DNA of 64,000 nucleotides from Candidatus Thalassarchaeaceae archaeon (GCA_046710875.1 JBKEHQ010000002.1:2717-66716); one strand, 5' to 3'. Shown: positions 20,391 through 30,681, counted from the stretch's first letter. Translations and numbers: made by a program. Notes: generated by a model not told the origin, from the letters alone.

Positions 20391-21644
20391 ATGTGGACAC
20401 GTAAAGGAACAATTATACTTGCTAGTGGGATTAGCCTAATCTTAATTGGAATGATGATTTCGAATTTTCAATTTATAATAATTGGTTTAACTTTTATTGC
20501 ATTTTTATCTATAAATGGATGGGTAGATGGTTATGCTGATTTGGAAATAACACGTGAATTATCTGCATATAATGTTTACAAAGGAGATAAAATAATGGTT
20601 GATCTTACAATTTCTAATAAATCTTACAGGCGAACACAACAGATAGAAATTTTTGATAATGTTCCCCATGAAATGAAATTGCATCACGGTATAAATCAAA
20701 TGCGAATGAATTTAGGCCCTGGTCAAAGTACAAAAATAAGTTATTATGTAAGATGCCCATTACGTGGATATTACACAATAGGGCCAGTATCAGTACGTTA
20801 TAGAAATTTTTTCAATCTATTTGTTAATGAATCTCAAATAGATTCACGATCAGATATCACTGTTTTTCCACAGGTTAGAGATATTGAAGAGGCATTATTA
20901 AAATCAGATGTTCCAAATATGTATACGGGTGCAACAACATTGAAAACTCCAGGGCCCGGAATGGAGTTTTATTCCCTTAGAGAATATATTCCTGGTGATT
21001 CGTTTCGTTCAATTAATTGGAAAGCATTTGCAAGAACAGGTGAGTTGATGGTTAATGAAAAGACAAGGGATGCAGTTACCGATGTTTTCATAATTCTTGA
21101 TACAAGAGATGTCTCTAGGATCGGTACAGTTTTGAAAAATTCTTTGGAAATGGGATCAGTTGCAGCCGCATCCGTTTCCAGTCATTTCTTGAAAAGAAGA
21201 GATTCGGTAGCACTAGTAACATACGGCGATAAGATGGAATATCTTGGGCCAGAAACTGGAGATAAACAGAATTTCAAAGTTTTGAGCAACCTTGCATCTG
21301 TTACATCTTCTGGTACAATGCCTCTACAAGCAGTTACTAATGCAATTATTTCCCGTATAAGTCGTGGTTCACCAATATTCATAATCAGTAGCCTCGAAGG
21401 AGACGGAACTACATTACCTGCAATTCGAAGTTTAGCCGGCAGAGGTCATGAAGTTGTTGTATTATCTCCAAGCAGTATCGATTTAGAGAGATTAGTTAGT
21501 AGAATACCTCGTCTTTCATATGAAGTTTTAAAATTAGAAAGACAAAATAGACTAACAGCAATTTCAGGTTATGGGGCCAAGGTTATTGATTGGATGCCAG
21601 ATATTGAATTAGCCCAAGCTCTTATGCAAGTCAAAAGTTCTTAG
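20391..21644 (+). CDS. DUF58 family protein (vWA-like domain)
   Basis: Hallmark DUF58 motif REYIPGDSFRSINWKAFARTGELMVNE, followed by a vWA-like strand VFIILDTRDVS, with 2 N-terminal TM helices. A strong SD (GGTGAGGT, 20380-20388) sits just before the ATG at 20391. Confidence 0.8.
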   Translation: MWTRKGTIILASGISLILIGMMISNFQFIIIGLTFIAFLSINGWVDGYADLEITRELSAYNVYKGDKIMVDLTISNKSYRRTQQIEIFDNVPHEMKLHHGINQMRMNLGPGQSTKISYYVRCPLRGYYTIGPVSVRYRNFFNLFVNESQIDSRSDITVFPQVRDIEEALLKSDVPNMYTGATTLKTPGPGMEFYSLREYIPGDSFRSINWKAFARTGELMVNEKTRDAVTDVFIILDTRDVSRIGTVLKNSLEMGSVAAASVSSHFLKRRDSVALVTYGDKMEYLGPETGDKQNFKVLSNLASVTSSGTMPLQAVTNAIISRISRGSPIFIISSLEGDGTTLPAIRSLAGRGHEVVVLSPSSIDLERLVSRIPRLSYEVLKLERQNRLTAISGYGAKVIDWMPDIELAQALMQVKSS

Positions 21645-21662
21645 AAAATAGGGGAGTTAGGC

Positions 21663-22841
21663 ATGGATATAGTTGAAAAACATAAATCAAATGAAACTTT
21701 ACATATTCCTGAACTAAGGAAAAAATGGCAAATCTTGACTTTTCAAATCATATCAACATTTTCACTCCTTGTCATAATGTTCCGAATGAATGGGATATAT
21801 GGATCTTGCACAGATGAATTTATTCTTGCTGCCGAAGGATCACAATATTGGTGCCCTGCATATGAGCATACTAGGGGATTAATATGGTTAAGTAATAGTA
21901 ATAATTTGCTTATACCCAATTTTCTTTTAGGCATCGGTCAGACTGGAATCTCGTCATTTTCAGGGCCTCTGATACTTTGTATATTAGCAACTTTTGGTAG
22001 GTCTTATTTATTATCAAAAAGTGATAAGATACAAAATGACATAAAGAAAATCACTGGCATAATTTTGGCAACATGGATATTACTGCCTTTCTTACTCTCA
22101 TGGTTCTATTCAATGGCATTTAATGGCATTGAATTGCCCTTCAAACATTATGGCTCATTATTGACTCCCTTATCTTTTATGTTTGAATTAATATTCTTGG
22201 GAGTAGTATTTGCTCCTATTATGGCAGGAATGATGGGAATCTGGGGATTATCTAGAAAATTAATAACTTGGGCAATGGGTTATTTTTTATTAGTAATTGG
22301 AGTTCACGCATTACTAACTTTTGAAGATATTTCAGGGGCTTTTGATTTAGGATTACAATCCTTACCTTCTCAAATTGGTGAATCTACTATGCTTGGGGGG
22401 CTCATATCTCCACTTGCCTATGATCTTCTGGAGATTTCAATCTTATTACTGATATTTCTCGAATCAGGATTAGCCGCAATTACGCATCTTGAATATGCCA
22501 TGTCTCTTCCAGAAGGTTCTAAAAAAGATATAGAATATATCAAACAATTTAATAATGTTATAAATTCTCATTTAATTCATTTCTTTGTAATCATATTCCT
22601 AGTTGCATTTACTACTGCCCTCGCTCTTGAATTTGATGATTTACTAGTGTCCTTTGTAGGTTTTATGCAAGGAACGCAATGGTCAGGACAAGTCAAAGAA
22701 TCGCTGGAGTTACAGATGACATATGGAAAAGTAATTTCTGCAAGTCTTTTCATGTTAGTCATCTCAGGAATGAGGTATGTAGTTCCATGGCAAAGAATAA
22801 TTGGCATTATAGAATCCAATTTAAACAATCTACGTTCTTAA
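21663..22841 (+). CDS. polytopic membrane protein, function unknown
   Basis: 392 aa with ~9-10 hydrophobic helices. GGGGAG at 21651-21656 precedes the ATG. It lies on the same strand 18 nt after the DUF58 gene. Confidence 0.55.
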   Translation: MDIVEKHKSNETLHIPELRKKWQILTFQIISTFSLLVIMFRMNGIYGSCTDEFILAAEGSQYWCPAYEHTRGLIWLSNSNNLLIPNFLLGIGQTGISSFSGPLILCILATFGRSYLLSKSDKIQNDIKKITGIILATWILLPFLLSWFYSMAFNGIELPFKHYGSLLTPLSFMFELIFLGVVFAPIMAGMMGIWGLSRKLITWAMGYFLLVIGVHALLTFEDISGAFDLGLQSLPSQIGESTMLGGLISPLAYDLLEISILLLIFLESGLAAITHLEYAMSLPEGSKKDIEYIKQFNNVINSHLIHFFVIIFLVAFTTALALEFDDLLVSFVGFMQGTQWSGQVKESLELQMTYGKVISASLFMLVISGMRYVVPWQRIIGIIESNLNNLRS

Positions 22842-22842
22842 T

Positions 22843-23094
22843 TTATTTAAAAATAAAATAGTTAATAATTCTCAATGAGATGAAATTACCAATTAGTGGA
22901 GAGATTAAAATTAAGACTGATAATGATATTAAATTTGAATATGCTCCTGTATAATTTTGAATTAATTCTGAAAAATATGGAGAAATTAAATAGGATAAAT
23001 AAAGTGTAAAAATGAGACATATTCTATCTATCCAAGGTGTAGATAATTTTCCAACTTTTTCCATCCTTAAAGGTAATGACTCTACATCCTCCAT
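22843..23094 (-). CDS. small hypothetical membrane protein
   Basis: 83-aa ORF with 2 hydrophobic segments. It is convergent with the previous gene (1-nt gap). No family recognised. Confidence 0.35.
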   Translation of the reverse strand: MEDVESLPLRMEKVGKLSTPWIDRICLIFTLYLSYLISPYFSELIQNYTGAYSNLISLSVLILISPLIGNFISLRIINYFIFK

Positions 23095-23189
23095 GCTTGT
23101 CTGAAGATATTTCTAGTCATCAATCCATCGCTAAAATTTTAGTATCCATTAATGAATGGCTTCAATAGAAAAACCTTCGAGCATCCCAT

Positions 23190-24188
23190 ATGTGTGCTGG
23201 CATCTCAGTTGAGAGATGTAGTAAATGTCCTTCACAATCAATACTTTATCAAGTATACAGTGGCCAACATCTATGTGGTAAATGCCTAAGTGATTCAGTT
23301 CGAAAAAAGACTTCTAGGGAACTAAGAAAGCAACTAATATTGCCTAAAAATGCCCGCCATGATGATGGAACGCCATTTAGGCTTCTTGTAGCAATTTCTG
23401 GAGGTAAAGACTCAGCAGTCTTACTTTCAACAATAGTGGATATAATCGGCAAAAGGAGAGATGTTGAGATAATTGCAGGTTGCGTGGATGAAGGAATAGA
23501 TGGTTACCGCAAACCTTCCATGGAATGCGCCATAGAATTATCAAAAACTCTTGGAATAAAATTTGTTTCTATTAGTTATTCGGAATTGGGGTATGAAGAA
23601 ATGGATACTGTAGTATCTAAGATGCCGAGAATGAGTGAATTGCATGATGATGCTAAGGGGATGATGCCATGTTCGTTCTGTGGAGTATTTAGAAGACAAG
23701 GATTGAATGCATTAGCACGTAAAACAAATGCAGATATTATGGCATTAGGGCACAATTTAGATGATATGGCACAATCTATATTGATGAATCTCCAGAAAGG
23801 AGACATAGAAAGATCAGTTAGATTAGCCCCTCATACAGATTCTCCTTTAGAAGGTCTTACTCCCAGAATTGTTCCTTTAAGATGGATACCAGAACAAGAG
23901 ATACACGCACATGCAGTAGTATCTAAGTTACCCTTTTTCCATGGTGATTGCCCTCATGCACCCGGTGCAATGAGGCAATTAAGCCGTGATATAGTTGCAT
24001 CATTAGAGGAACAAACACCTGGTGCCAGACATGGATTATTACATTCTTTGGAGGAAATTCGACGCCTCTATAAAAATAGTAATGATGTAGTAATTTCCAA
24101 AGCTAAAAAATGTTCAATTTGTAATGAAGTAACAAGTCGTGAAATTTGTCAAGCCTGCACAATGAAAAAATGGTTATCTGAAGCTTAA
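23190..24188 (+). CDS. TtuA/Ncs6(NcsA)-family tRNA 2-thiolation PP-loop ATPase
   Basis: PP-loop VAISGGKDSAV. N- and C-terminal CxxC zinc fingers (CSKC...CGKC and CSIC...CQAC). Fe-S Cys triad context MPCSFCGVFRRQ. Also GHNLDD. Confidence 0.8.
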   Translation: MCAGISVERCSKCPSQSILYQVYSGQHLCGKCLSDSVRKKTSRELRKQLILPKNARHDDGTPFRLLVAISGGKDSAVLLSTIVDIIGKRRDVEIIAGCVDEGIDGYRKPSMECAIELSKTLGIKFVSISYSELGYEEMDTVVSKMPRMSELHDDAKGMMPCSFCGVFRRQGLNALARKTNADIMALGHNLDDMAQSILMNLQKGDIERSVRLAPHTDSPLEGLTPRIVPLRWIPEQEIHAHAVVSKLPFFHGDCPHAPGAMRQLSRDIVASLEEQTPGARHGLLHSLEEIRRLYKNSNDVVISKAKKCSICNEVTSREICQACTMKKWLSEA

Positions 24189-24662
24189 TTATATTATTTG
24201 TTCATGTATCTCGGCCATATCTTGGATTTTACCGCAATATGAGCATCTTATCTCTACTGGGCTTCTGTTTACAACTCTCAGCCTTTGGGGCAAAGGTTCT
24301 CTTTGGTTTTGAGTTATACAATTAGAAAAAGAGCATTTTATTATATTTACTAATTCATCGCTCAATCCAACCTGTCTTTTTTCAGCTACTCCATAGTTTC
24401 TAATGATTGCAACAGATGCCTCAGAAGCTATTATCGCTAACCTATCTAATTCTTCTTGTACTAACTCTCTATCTTCTATTTTTAGTACATCTTTACGGCC
24501 TAACTTGTCACTTGGAACATTCATAACTAATGATATTGGATTGGATATTCCAGATTCTAACCTTAACATTCTGAGGACCTGCAGGGCCTGGCCACCAGGA
24601 ATATGATCAATAACAGTACCATTGCAAATTGCAGTTACTCTTCTCATTTCTGCATCACTCAT
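24189..24662 (-). CDS. pyrI: aspartate carbamoyltransferase regulatory subunit
   Basis: ICNGTVIDHIPGGQALQVLRML, and the Zn domain CSFSNCIT...CSYCG. It lies immediately downstream of pyrB (adjacent, 0-nt gap). Confidence 0.9.
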   Translation of the reverse strand: MSDAEMRRVTAICNGTVIDHIPGGQALQVLRMLRLESGISNPISLVMNVPSDKLGRKDVLKIEDRELVQEELDRLAIIASEASVAIIRNYGVAEKRQVGLSDELVNIIKCSFSNCITQNQREPLPQRLRVVNRSPVEIRCSYCGKIQDMAEIHEQII

Positions 24663-25646
24663 TTACAAAACCTCCTTTGAAATATCAATTCCCAAACTTT
24701 TGCAAAGTAATGCCATTCTAGTAGGTATTCCATTAAACGCTTGTTCGAAATACATGGCGTGTTTTGTAGAATCAACACTCGGGTGAATTTCATTCACTCT
24801 TGGAAGAGGATGCATAATTATCATATTTTCTTTTGACCCTATTAAATCAGATTCAGTAAGTGTGTATATTTCAGAAACCTTGGAATATTCATCTTCATCT
24901 GGGAATCGTTCTTTTTGAATTCTTGTCATATATATCACATCGGAGTCTTTTATTTGCTCATATAATTGATCAGTTTCATTTACAATTCCTCCTAAAGATT
25001 TCAAATCACTAACTATTTCATCAGGCATTTTCAAAGATTCAGGTGCTACTAAAGTCAGATTTACTCCAAAGCGTGCAAGTGCATTTGAAAGACTATGTGC
25101 CGTCCGACCATATCTTAAATCACCAACTAAAACTACATTTAAATCCTTAAATTCGCCATGCGCCTCCCTTATTGTAAAAAGATCTAACAATGTTTGTGTT
25201 GGGTGATTACCAGCCCCATCTCCCGCATTTAAGATCGGTATGGATACTGCGTCAGCACTGTATTGTGCGGCACCTTGTCTTGGATGCCTTATTACGGCTA
25301 AATCGGCGTAACCATCAATCATCTGCATGGTGTCGAACAAAGTTTCACCTTTAGATACAGAAGAGCCAGCTGATGTAAAATTCAATACTTCTCCCCCCAA
25401 TCTCTTCATTGCAGTTTCGAAAGACATACGGGTTCTAGTAGAATTTTCAAAGAACATATTTGCTAAAACTTTACCCTGTAATAATGGGAGATGAATATCA
25501 CCTTTAGCAACTGGTAACATTTTCCTTGCATTATCTAATAACTTAATTATTTCCTCATTTGTGAGGTCATCCATAGTAATAACGTCGCCCATAACACTCT
25601 CTCTTAATTGTTCTAAGGGGGGGTACTCCATATGTCTTACTGACAA
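24663..25646 (-). CDS. pyrB: aspartate carbamoyltransferase catalytic subunit
   Basis: FENSTRTRMSFE, NHPTQTLLD and MHPLPRVNEI. The track start is TTG. ATG at 25631 or 25592 (MGDVITMDDL...) are more likely starts. Confidence 0.9.
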   Translation of the reverse strand: MSVRHMEYPPLEQLRESVMGDVITMDDLTNEEIIKLLDNARKMLPVAKGDIHLPLLQGKVLANMFFENSTRTRMSFETAMKRLGGEVLNFTSAGSSVSKGETLFDTMQMIDGYADLAVIRHPRQGAAQYSADAVSIPILNAGDGAGNHPTQTLLDLFTIREAHGEFKDLNVVLVGDLRYGRTAHSLSNALARFGVNLTLVAPESLKMPDEIVSDLKSLGGIVNETDQLYEQIKDSDVIYMTRIQKERFPDEDEYSKVSEIYTLTESDLIGSKENMIIMHPLPRVNEIHPSVDSTKHAMYFEQAFNGIPTRMALLCKSLGIDISKEVL

Positions 25647-25680
25647 ATCATTTCAATTATCAAAAAAAACCGATGTCTTG

Positions 25681-26691
25681 ATGGAGGATAGTCTCTCGGA
25701 TAATAATAAGATGATTATCAGCCGCACTCCGCTCCGAGCATCATTTTGTGGAGGAGGTACTGATATTGATTCATTTTCATATAATGAATCAGGGGGCGGC
25801 ATGGTTGTTTCCGCCGCAGTGAAGAATTACATTCATGTTACTGTAAACAAGCGTTTCGATGACAAGATACGAGTTTCTTATTCAAAATTAGAATTAGTTG
25901 ATAATTTTGAGGATTTAGAGCATGATCTAGTCCGTGAAGCAATGCGAATTACAGGAATAATATCTGGGGTGGAAATAACTACTATTGCAGATATACCTTC
26001 AAAAGGAACTGGACTTGGATCTTCATCATCTGTAACAGTTGGTTTATTGAATGCCCTTCATACTTTCGCCGGGCACAATGTATCAGCAAAAAAATTGGCT
26101 GAAGAGGCATGCATCATAGAGTTAGATATACTAAAACAACCAATAGGTAGACAAGATCAATATGCAGCAGCATATGGAGGTATTAATTCAATTTCCTTTT
26201 CTTCTAAGGGAAATGTCGTATCTCCTTTAGATGTCTCCGAGGAAATAATAGATAGGATCCAAGATGAATTTACGCTAGTATTTACTGGAATATCTAGGAG
26301 TGCAAGTAAGATACTTGGAGAATCTCCAACTAATTATGATGATAAAATTGATAGATTGAGAAAAATACGTTCACAAGCCAATAAATCAATGAAGATGTTA
26401 GAAATTGGTGATTTAAAATCCTTGGGCATGCTTCTTTCGGAGGCATGGAATCAAAAACGTGGAATATCTTCAAGTGTAAGTAATGATGAATTAGATTTAC
26501 TATATTCAAAAATAATTGAACTTGGGGCGTCAGGTGCAAAACTCCTAGGTGCAGGAGGAGGAGGATTCTTTATGGTGCACGGCAATAGTGAATTTAGAGA
26601 CATCATGGAGGTTGCATTACCATCTAATAAGATAATTCCTTTAATTTTAGACTTCGATGGGTCTACTATAATTTATAATTCATATTCATAG
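25681..26691 (+). CDS. GHMP-family sugar kinase (HddA / COG2605-like, heptose-phosphate-kinase-like)
   Basis: From the ATG at 25681: MEDSLSDNNKMIISRTPLRASFCGGGTDI (N-terminal motif of COG2605 kinases). GHMP motif II PSKGTGLGSSSS and motif III GAGGGGFF. The track start at 25561 runs antisense into pyrB and is rejected. Confidence 0.75.
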   Translation: MEDSLSDNNKMIISRTPLRASFCGGGTDIDSFSYNESGGGMVVSAAVKNYIHVTVNKRFDDKIRVSYSKLELVDNFEDLEHDLVREAMRITGIISGVEITTIADIPSKGTGLGSSSSVTVGLLNALHTFAGHNVSAKKLAEEACIIELDILKQPIGRQDQYAAAYGGINSISFSSKGNVVSPLDVSEEIIDRIQDEFTLVFTGISRSASKILGESPTNYDDKIDRLRKIRSQANKSMKMLEIGDLKSLGMLLSEAWNQKRGISSSVSNDELDLLYSKIIELGASGAKLLGAGGGGFFMVHGNSEFRDIMEVALPSNKIIPLILDFDGSTIIYNSYS

Positions 26692-26699
26692 GTCTTATT

Positions 26700-28832
26700 A
26701 TGTTAAATACTCGTATTTATGCTGTTTTAGCCTCTATTATATTTTTATTTTCAGCATCAACACCTATTTTTAATAATGATTATTCCGAGGATATGGTAAA
26801 AAATAAATTAAATAATTATTTTACTCAAGATACGAATAATTATTCATTTCAAGGCCAATCTTATCTTAATATATCTGGCCCAATTTCTCCAAATTCCCAA
26901 ATAAATGCTACTTGGTATTCTGAAATAACTATTTTAGAATCATATGGATCAGATCTTTTGCCTAATCAATCATTTGGATTAAGAAAGCAAATTGATATTT
27001 ATCTTGGTAATAATGATAATATTTTAAATAATTCAGAGATAATGGATTTTAAGGAATTAATTAATTCTTCTAGGGCATGGACGAATGCTGAACTTGGAGG
27101 ATGTTGTATTTTTGATTATATACCATTTTTTTCTCAATTAGGTAATCAAATTATTATATCTGCTCCAGAAGTTGGTGATGTTAATTCTACCAATGGTTCT
27201 TGGGGTTGGGTTGAATCTGCTGATATTATTGGATTTACTGATAACAGAGTTACCAGAATTCTACACATACCTAGAATTGGTTCCATAAACGAACAAATTC
27301 CATTGCATGTTTCATTACCAAAAGATTGGGAATTTAGATATAGTGCAATGTCAGATTTAATATCTGGGAGTCCAAATAACTTTACTGTCAACAGGTCGCT
27401 TGCCCCAGTTGCATCCAATATCATAATATCCGTCGCTGAGAATTTACCTCCCGTTACTTCAGCTCACAGGTCCCCCCAAACATCCTCATTAGTTTCTATG
27501 AATAAATCATATATTTATACTGGAATTTGTAATGATGGGTTTCTTGAAAATCCCCAAATGGAGTGGAGCATCATCAAAAATGAGGTATTAATTCAGACAT
27601 TCAACAATCCTTGGTTTGAATTTAATCCAATTGAACATGGATTTACACATTCTGAGCAAGCAAATATATTATTGAAGTGCACAGATTCTCATAATTTTTC
27701 TTCATCATGGTCTGAAGATATAATTATTGATAGCATTGCTCCCGAATGGTCAGGAGATGTTTCTTACAATATTGATGGCGTAGTTAATGAATTAAATATT
27801 GAGAATAGTGTATTCTCAGTAATATCAGGTTCGAAAGTAAAACTAAATATTTCTGCAATTGATGACAGTAGTTCACCAGTATCTATCGAATTATATAGTA
27901 ATATGTCAGATGAATGGAGGCAATATCACGTCAATGAAGGAATTTTTGAATTCTATGTAGCTCAAGGAAATAATATAAATGGGCTCCATTTAAATATTTC
28001 AGAACGTCATCTTCCAAAACAACCCCGGCATATCGATATGGCACTTATAATAACGGATGAAGCGGGTAATTTCATAATAAATGAATGGAAATTAATAATA
28101 AAAGATGGAAATCCCCCAACAATCCTTATGGATATTATGGCAAATGATACATTAGTAAGATTAGATAATCCTGCTAGAATGGGTAATCAATTAAAATTAA
28201 TTTTCTCCAATTCTTACGATGATCTTGATTCTATAGAAAATACCACTTGGCAAATATTAATTGACGAAGAAATTTATCTCGAAACTTCAAATTGGTCAGG
28301 CGAAATTGAAAAATTTATTTTACCTGAACTTGAAATAGGATCTCACGTGGTATCAATAACGGCTACTGATTCTAAAGGTAATCAGAAAATAGAAAATTAC
28401 CCCTTGATTATTTTTCCTAATAGAGGAGTAGATTTAGAAGTTATTTCTTATTCCATATCTGAAGACTCATTACAAACTGGTAAAGCCTTATTTGTTTTAG
28501 AAATGAAAAATAACTTCTACGATGATGCATATGCTAGGGCATGTATTGAAGACACTTGTAGTAGGTTTGTACATTATCCAGGTGCAGATTCCGATACCTC
28601 AACTATTGCTATTATGGAATTTGAAATTGAAATGCCAAATACATCAAAAGTAAATATTAGTATAGAGTGGGACAGTAATTCTGCAGGCGAAAATGGTAAT
28701 TTTATTCTTGAATACTCCATCCAATCAAATGAAAATAACTCCACAATCTCATATCTTGCATTAATTATAATCTCTTGTTTATTCTTTTTCTTGATATTTC
28801 GAAATACGAATATTTTTAATAAAAATAACTAG
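26700..28832 (+). CDS. large secreted surface protein with a C-terminal TM anchor (sequon-rich, probable glycoprotein)
   Basis: 710 aa with an N-terminal signal-like helix (IYAVLASIIFLFSAS) and a C-terminal TM (YLALIIISCLFFFLIF) followed by a basic tail. It has many N-x-S/T sequons. The start is 8 nt after the GHMP kinase stop. No family recognised. Confidence 0.6.
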   Translation: MLNTRIYAVLASIIFLFSASTPIFNNDYSEDMVKNKLNNYFTQDTNNYSFQGQSYLNISGPISPNSQINATWYSEITILESYGSDLLPNQSFGLRKQIDIYLGNNDNILNNSEIMDFKELINSSRAWTNAELGGCCIFDYIPFFSQLGNQIIISAPEVGDVNSTNGSWGWVESADIIGFTDNRVTRILHIPRIGSINEQIPLHVSLPKDWEFRYSAMSDLISGSPNNFTVNRSLAPVASNIIISVAENLPPVTSAHRSPQTSSLVSMNKSYIYTGICNDGFLENPQMEWSIIKNEVLIQTFNNPWFEFNPIEHGFTHSEQANILLKCTDSHNFSSSWSEDIIIDSIAPEWSGDVSYNIDGVVNELNIENSVFSVISGSKVKLNISAIDDSSSPVSIELYSNMSDEWRQYHVNEGIFEFYVAQGNNINGLHLNISERHLPKQPRHIDMALIITDEAGNFIINEWKLIIKDGNPPTILMDIMANDTLVRLDNPARMGNQLKLIFSNSYDDLDSIENTTWQILIDEEIYLETSNWSGEIEKFILPELEIGSHVVSITATDSKGNQKIENYPLIIFPNRGVDLEVISYSISEDSLQTGKALFVLEMKNNFYDDAYARACIEDTCSRFVHYPGADSDTSTIAIMEFEIEMPNTSKVNISIEWDSNSAGENGNFILEYSIQSNENNSTISYLALIIISCLFFFLIFRNTNIFNKNN

Positions 28833-28879
28833 TTTTCAAATAATTAACCGCATAGATATTGACTGAATACCTTTAGGAT

Positions 28880-30601
28880 GTGACAATGATGATGCTCTCC
28901 GACTATCCGGATAAAATAATCGCCGAGCATCAGTTGAGAATTGAAAAATTTACGATCATGAGTGCAATATTACTAGTAATATTTGGGGGGTGGTGGCTAT
29001 TTATAAATCTGGACAGTGATAAAAATCTAGTATTTAGATTTGGGCCCGTCATAATTATGTTCATTTCAGCAATTATATTACCAGATTTAATAAACTTTGG
29101 ACCAAAATCACGTGCAAAGGTAGCATCAATATCTAATATTTTATGGCCCTGTATTCTAGCATTCATTGGAGTAAACTATGATAATTCACCAAATTTTTTA
29201 TCAATATTGTTATTATTATTATTAATTATAATTTTATTTCTTGTTTCTTACTCCATATTGGGATCTAATTTAGCCACTAGGAGATTAAGAGGTATTACGA
29301 GTATTGGAGGATTAGCAATTGCTTCTCCTATTCTTTCATCTACAAGTAATATTTTACCGTGGGCGGTAGTTATTACTGCTACATCTTTGACCATGATTCC
29401 AGACTTATTGAAAAAAGATTCTGACCATCTATTGAGAAAGAGGTTTTCAAAAGAGTTAGATATTGCAGAATTAAAATTACTTGAATTTAAGGCAAAGGGA
29501 ATTAATATTCAACAAGCATCTTCAATTTTAAAGGTTGCAAGGGAAGAAGGATTTGATAATCCTGAAGAAGGATTAAAATCAATAGAAGATTCTTTAATGG
29601 ATGCACAAAGATTTATCGCATTATCAAAGGACATTGAAGAAATCAGAAATAATGCATATTCACGATTAGAGAAATTAGAATTAATAACCTTAGTCCCTAA
29701 AATCCCTAGAGAATTATTTAATCAGGGAGATACAGAATTTGATGCTGGTTCATTACGTGAGGCAGAATTACTCTATCGAAAATCTAAAGAAAAGTCTACT
29801 GAACTTGAAAAATACTGGCAAGAAGCATCGGATTTAATTGATCGTTCTGAATCAATGATAAATGATTTTCAAGGATATCAAATTAAGGGAGTTATTGGCA
29901 TACTAAATTCTGCAAAAGATGCTTTAATGGATGAAAATCCAAAAAAGGCAAAAGAAATTGCAGAATCAATAGAATATCATATTAGTAGTATAAGTTCAAA
30001 TGAAGAAAGTGCAATTTTAGTAATAAAACAAGTAGAAGAAAATATTGAAAACCAGGGATTTGATTTAGCAACAAATTCCAAAAATAGATTGAATGAAGCT
30101 AAAGATGCATTAAATTCTGGAAATTCTACACTTGCAAAAGGTTTAGCAGATAGCATACTTAGGGAAATCAAATTAACTTCCGAATCAATGCTTAAGGTCC
30201 AAAAGGCATTAAGGCAAAAAAGTATCATTGAGTCTAGATTCCCATCCGGAAAATTAAGAAATAAATGGTTGGAAAAACTACATAATATTATTGCAGAATC
30301 AAATTCTGGAAATTGGATAGAAGCATCGGACAATTTAGAAGATTTGACAAAATTATTAAGAGATTTTGAAAACGAAAGTAATGAAGCCAAAGAATTACTT
30401 ATATTTATACGAGAAGAATGGGAAATTTTGAGGTCAAAATTGGATTCTTTTGGAATTAAACCGGACGACGAAATGAGGTTGATGATTGAACGTAAAGTAT
30501 CCGATGCAAATACGTCATTTGAAGATGGAGATATTCAATCGTGCCTATCTCATCTATCCAAATCTGATGAGTTAATTGAAAATCTTAGACGTAGAATCTA
30601 A
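28880..30601 (+). CDS. membrane protein with a long cytoplasmic alpha-helical repeat region
   Basis: 573 aa. The first ~185 aa are polytopic. The remainder is Lys/Glu-rich and helical, with about six copies of a motif of the form A(K/R)xAL..G(N/D)...A...A..I (for example NSAKDALMDENPKKAKEIAESI and NEAKDALNSGNSTLAKGLADSI). Confidence 0.55.
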   Translation: MTMMMLSDYPDKIIAEHQLRIEKFTIMSAILLVIFGGWWLFINLDSDKNLVFRFGPVIIMFISAIILPDLINFGPKSRAKVASISNILWPCILAFIGVNYDNSPNFLSILLLLLLIIILFLVSYSILGSNLATRRLRGITSIGGLAIASPILSSTSNILPWAVVITATSLTMIPDLLKKDSDHLLRKRFSKELDIAELKLLEFKAKGINIQQASSILKVAREEGFDNPEEGLKSIEDSLMDAQRFIALSKDIEEIRNNAYSRLEKLELITLVPKIPRELFNQGDTEFDAGSLREAELLYRKSKEKSTELEKYWQEASDLIDRSESMINDFQGYQIKGVIGILNSAKDALMDENPKKAKEIAESIEYHISSISSNEESAILVIKQVEENIENQGFDLATNSKNRLNEAKDALNSGNSTLAKGLADSILREIKLTSESMLKVQKALRQKSIIESRFPSGKLRNKWLEKLHNIIAESNSGNWIEASDNLEDLTKLLRDFENESNEAKELLIFIREEWEILRSKLDSFGIKPDDEMRLMIERKVSDANTSFEDGDIQSCLSHLSKSDELIENLRRRI

Positions 30602-30681
30602 CAAATAATTTTTACTGATGATATGTATTTGTCAAATCAAGTAACCAATTTTATAATATGTTACTGCCTTAACCATTTGCT

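Noticed and set aside
25561-25680. N-terminal extension of the GHMP kinase ORF
   Set aside because: It runs antisense through the pyrB 5' region. The conserved kinase N-terminus (IISRTPLRASFCGGGTDI) begins just after the ATG at 25681.
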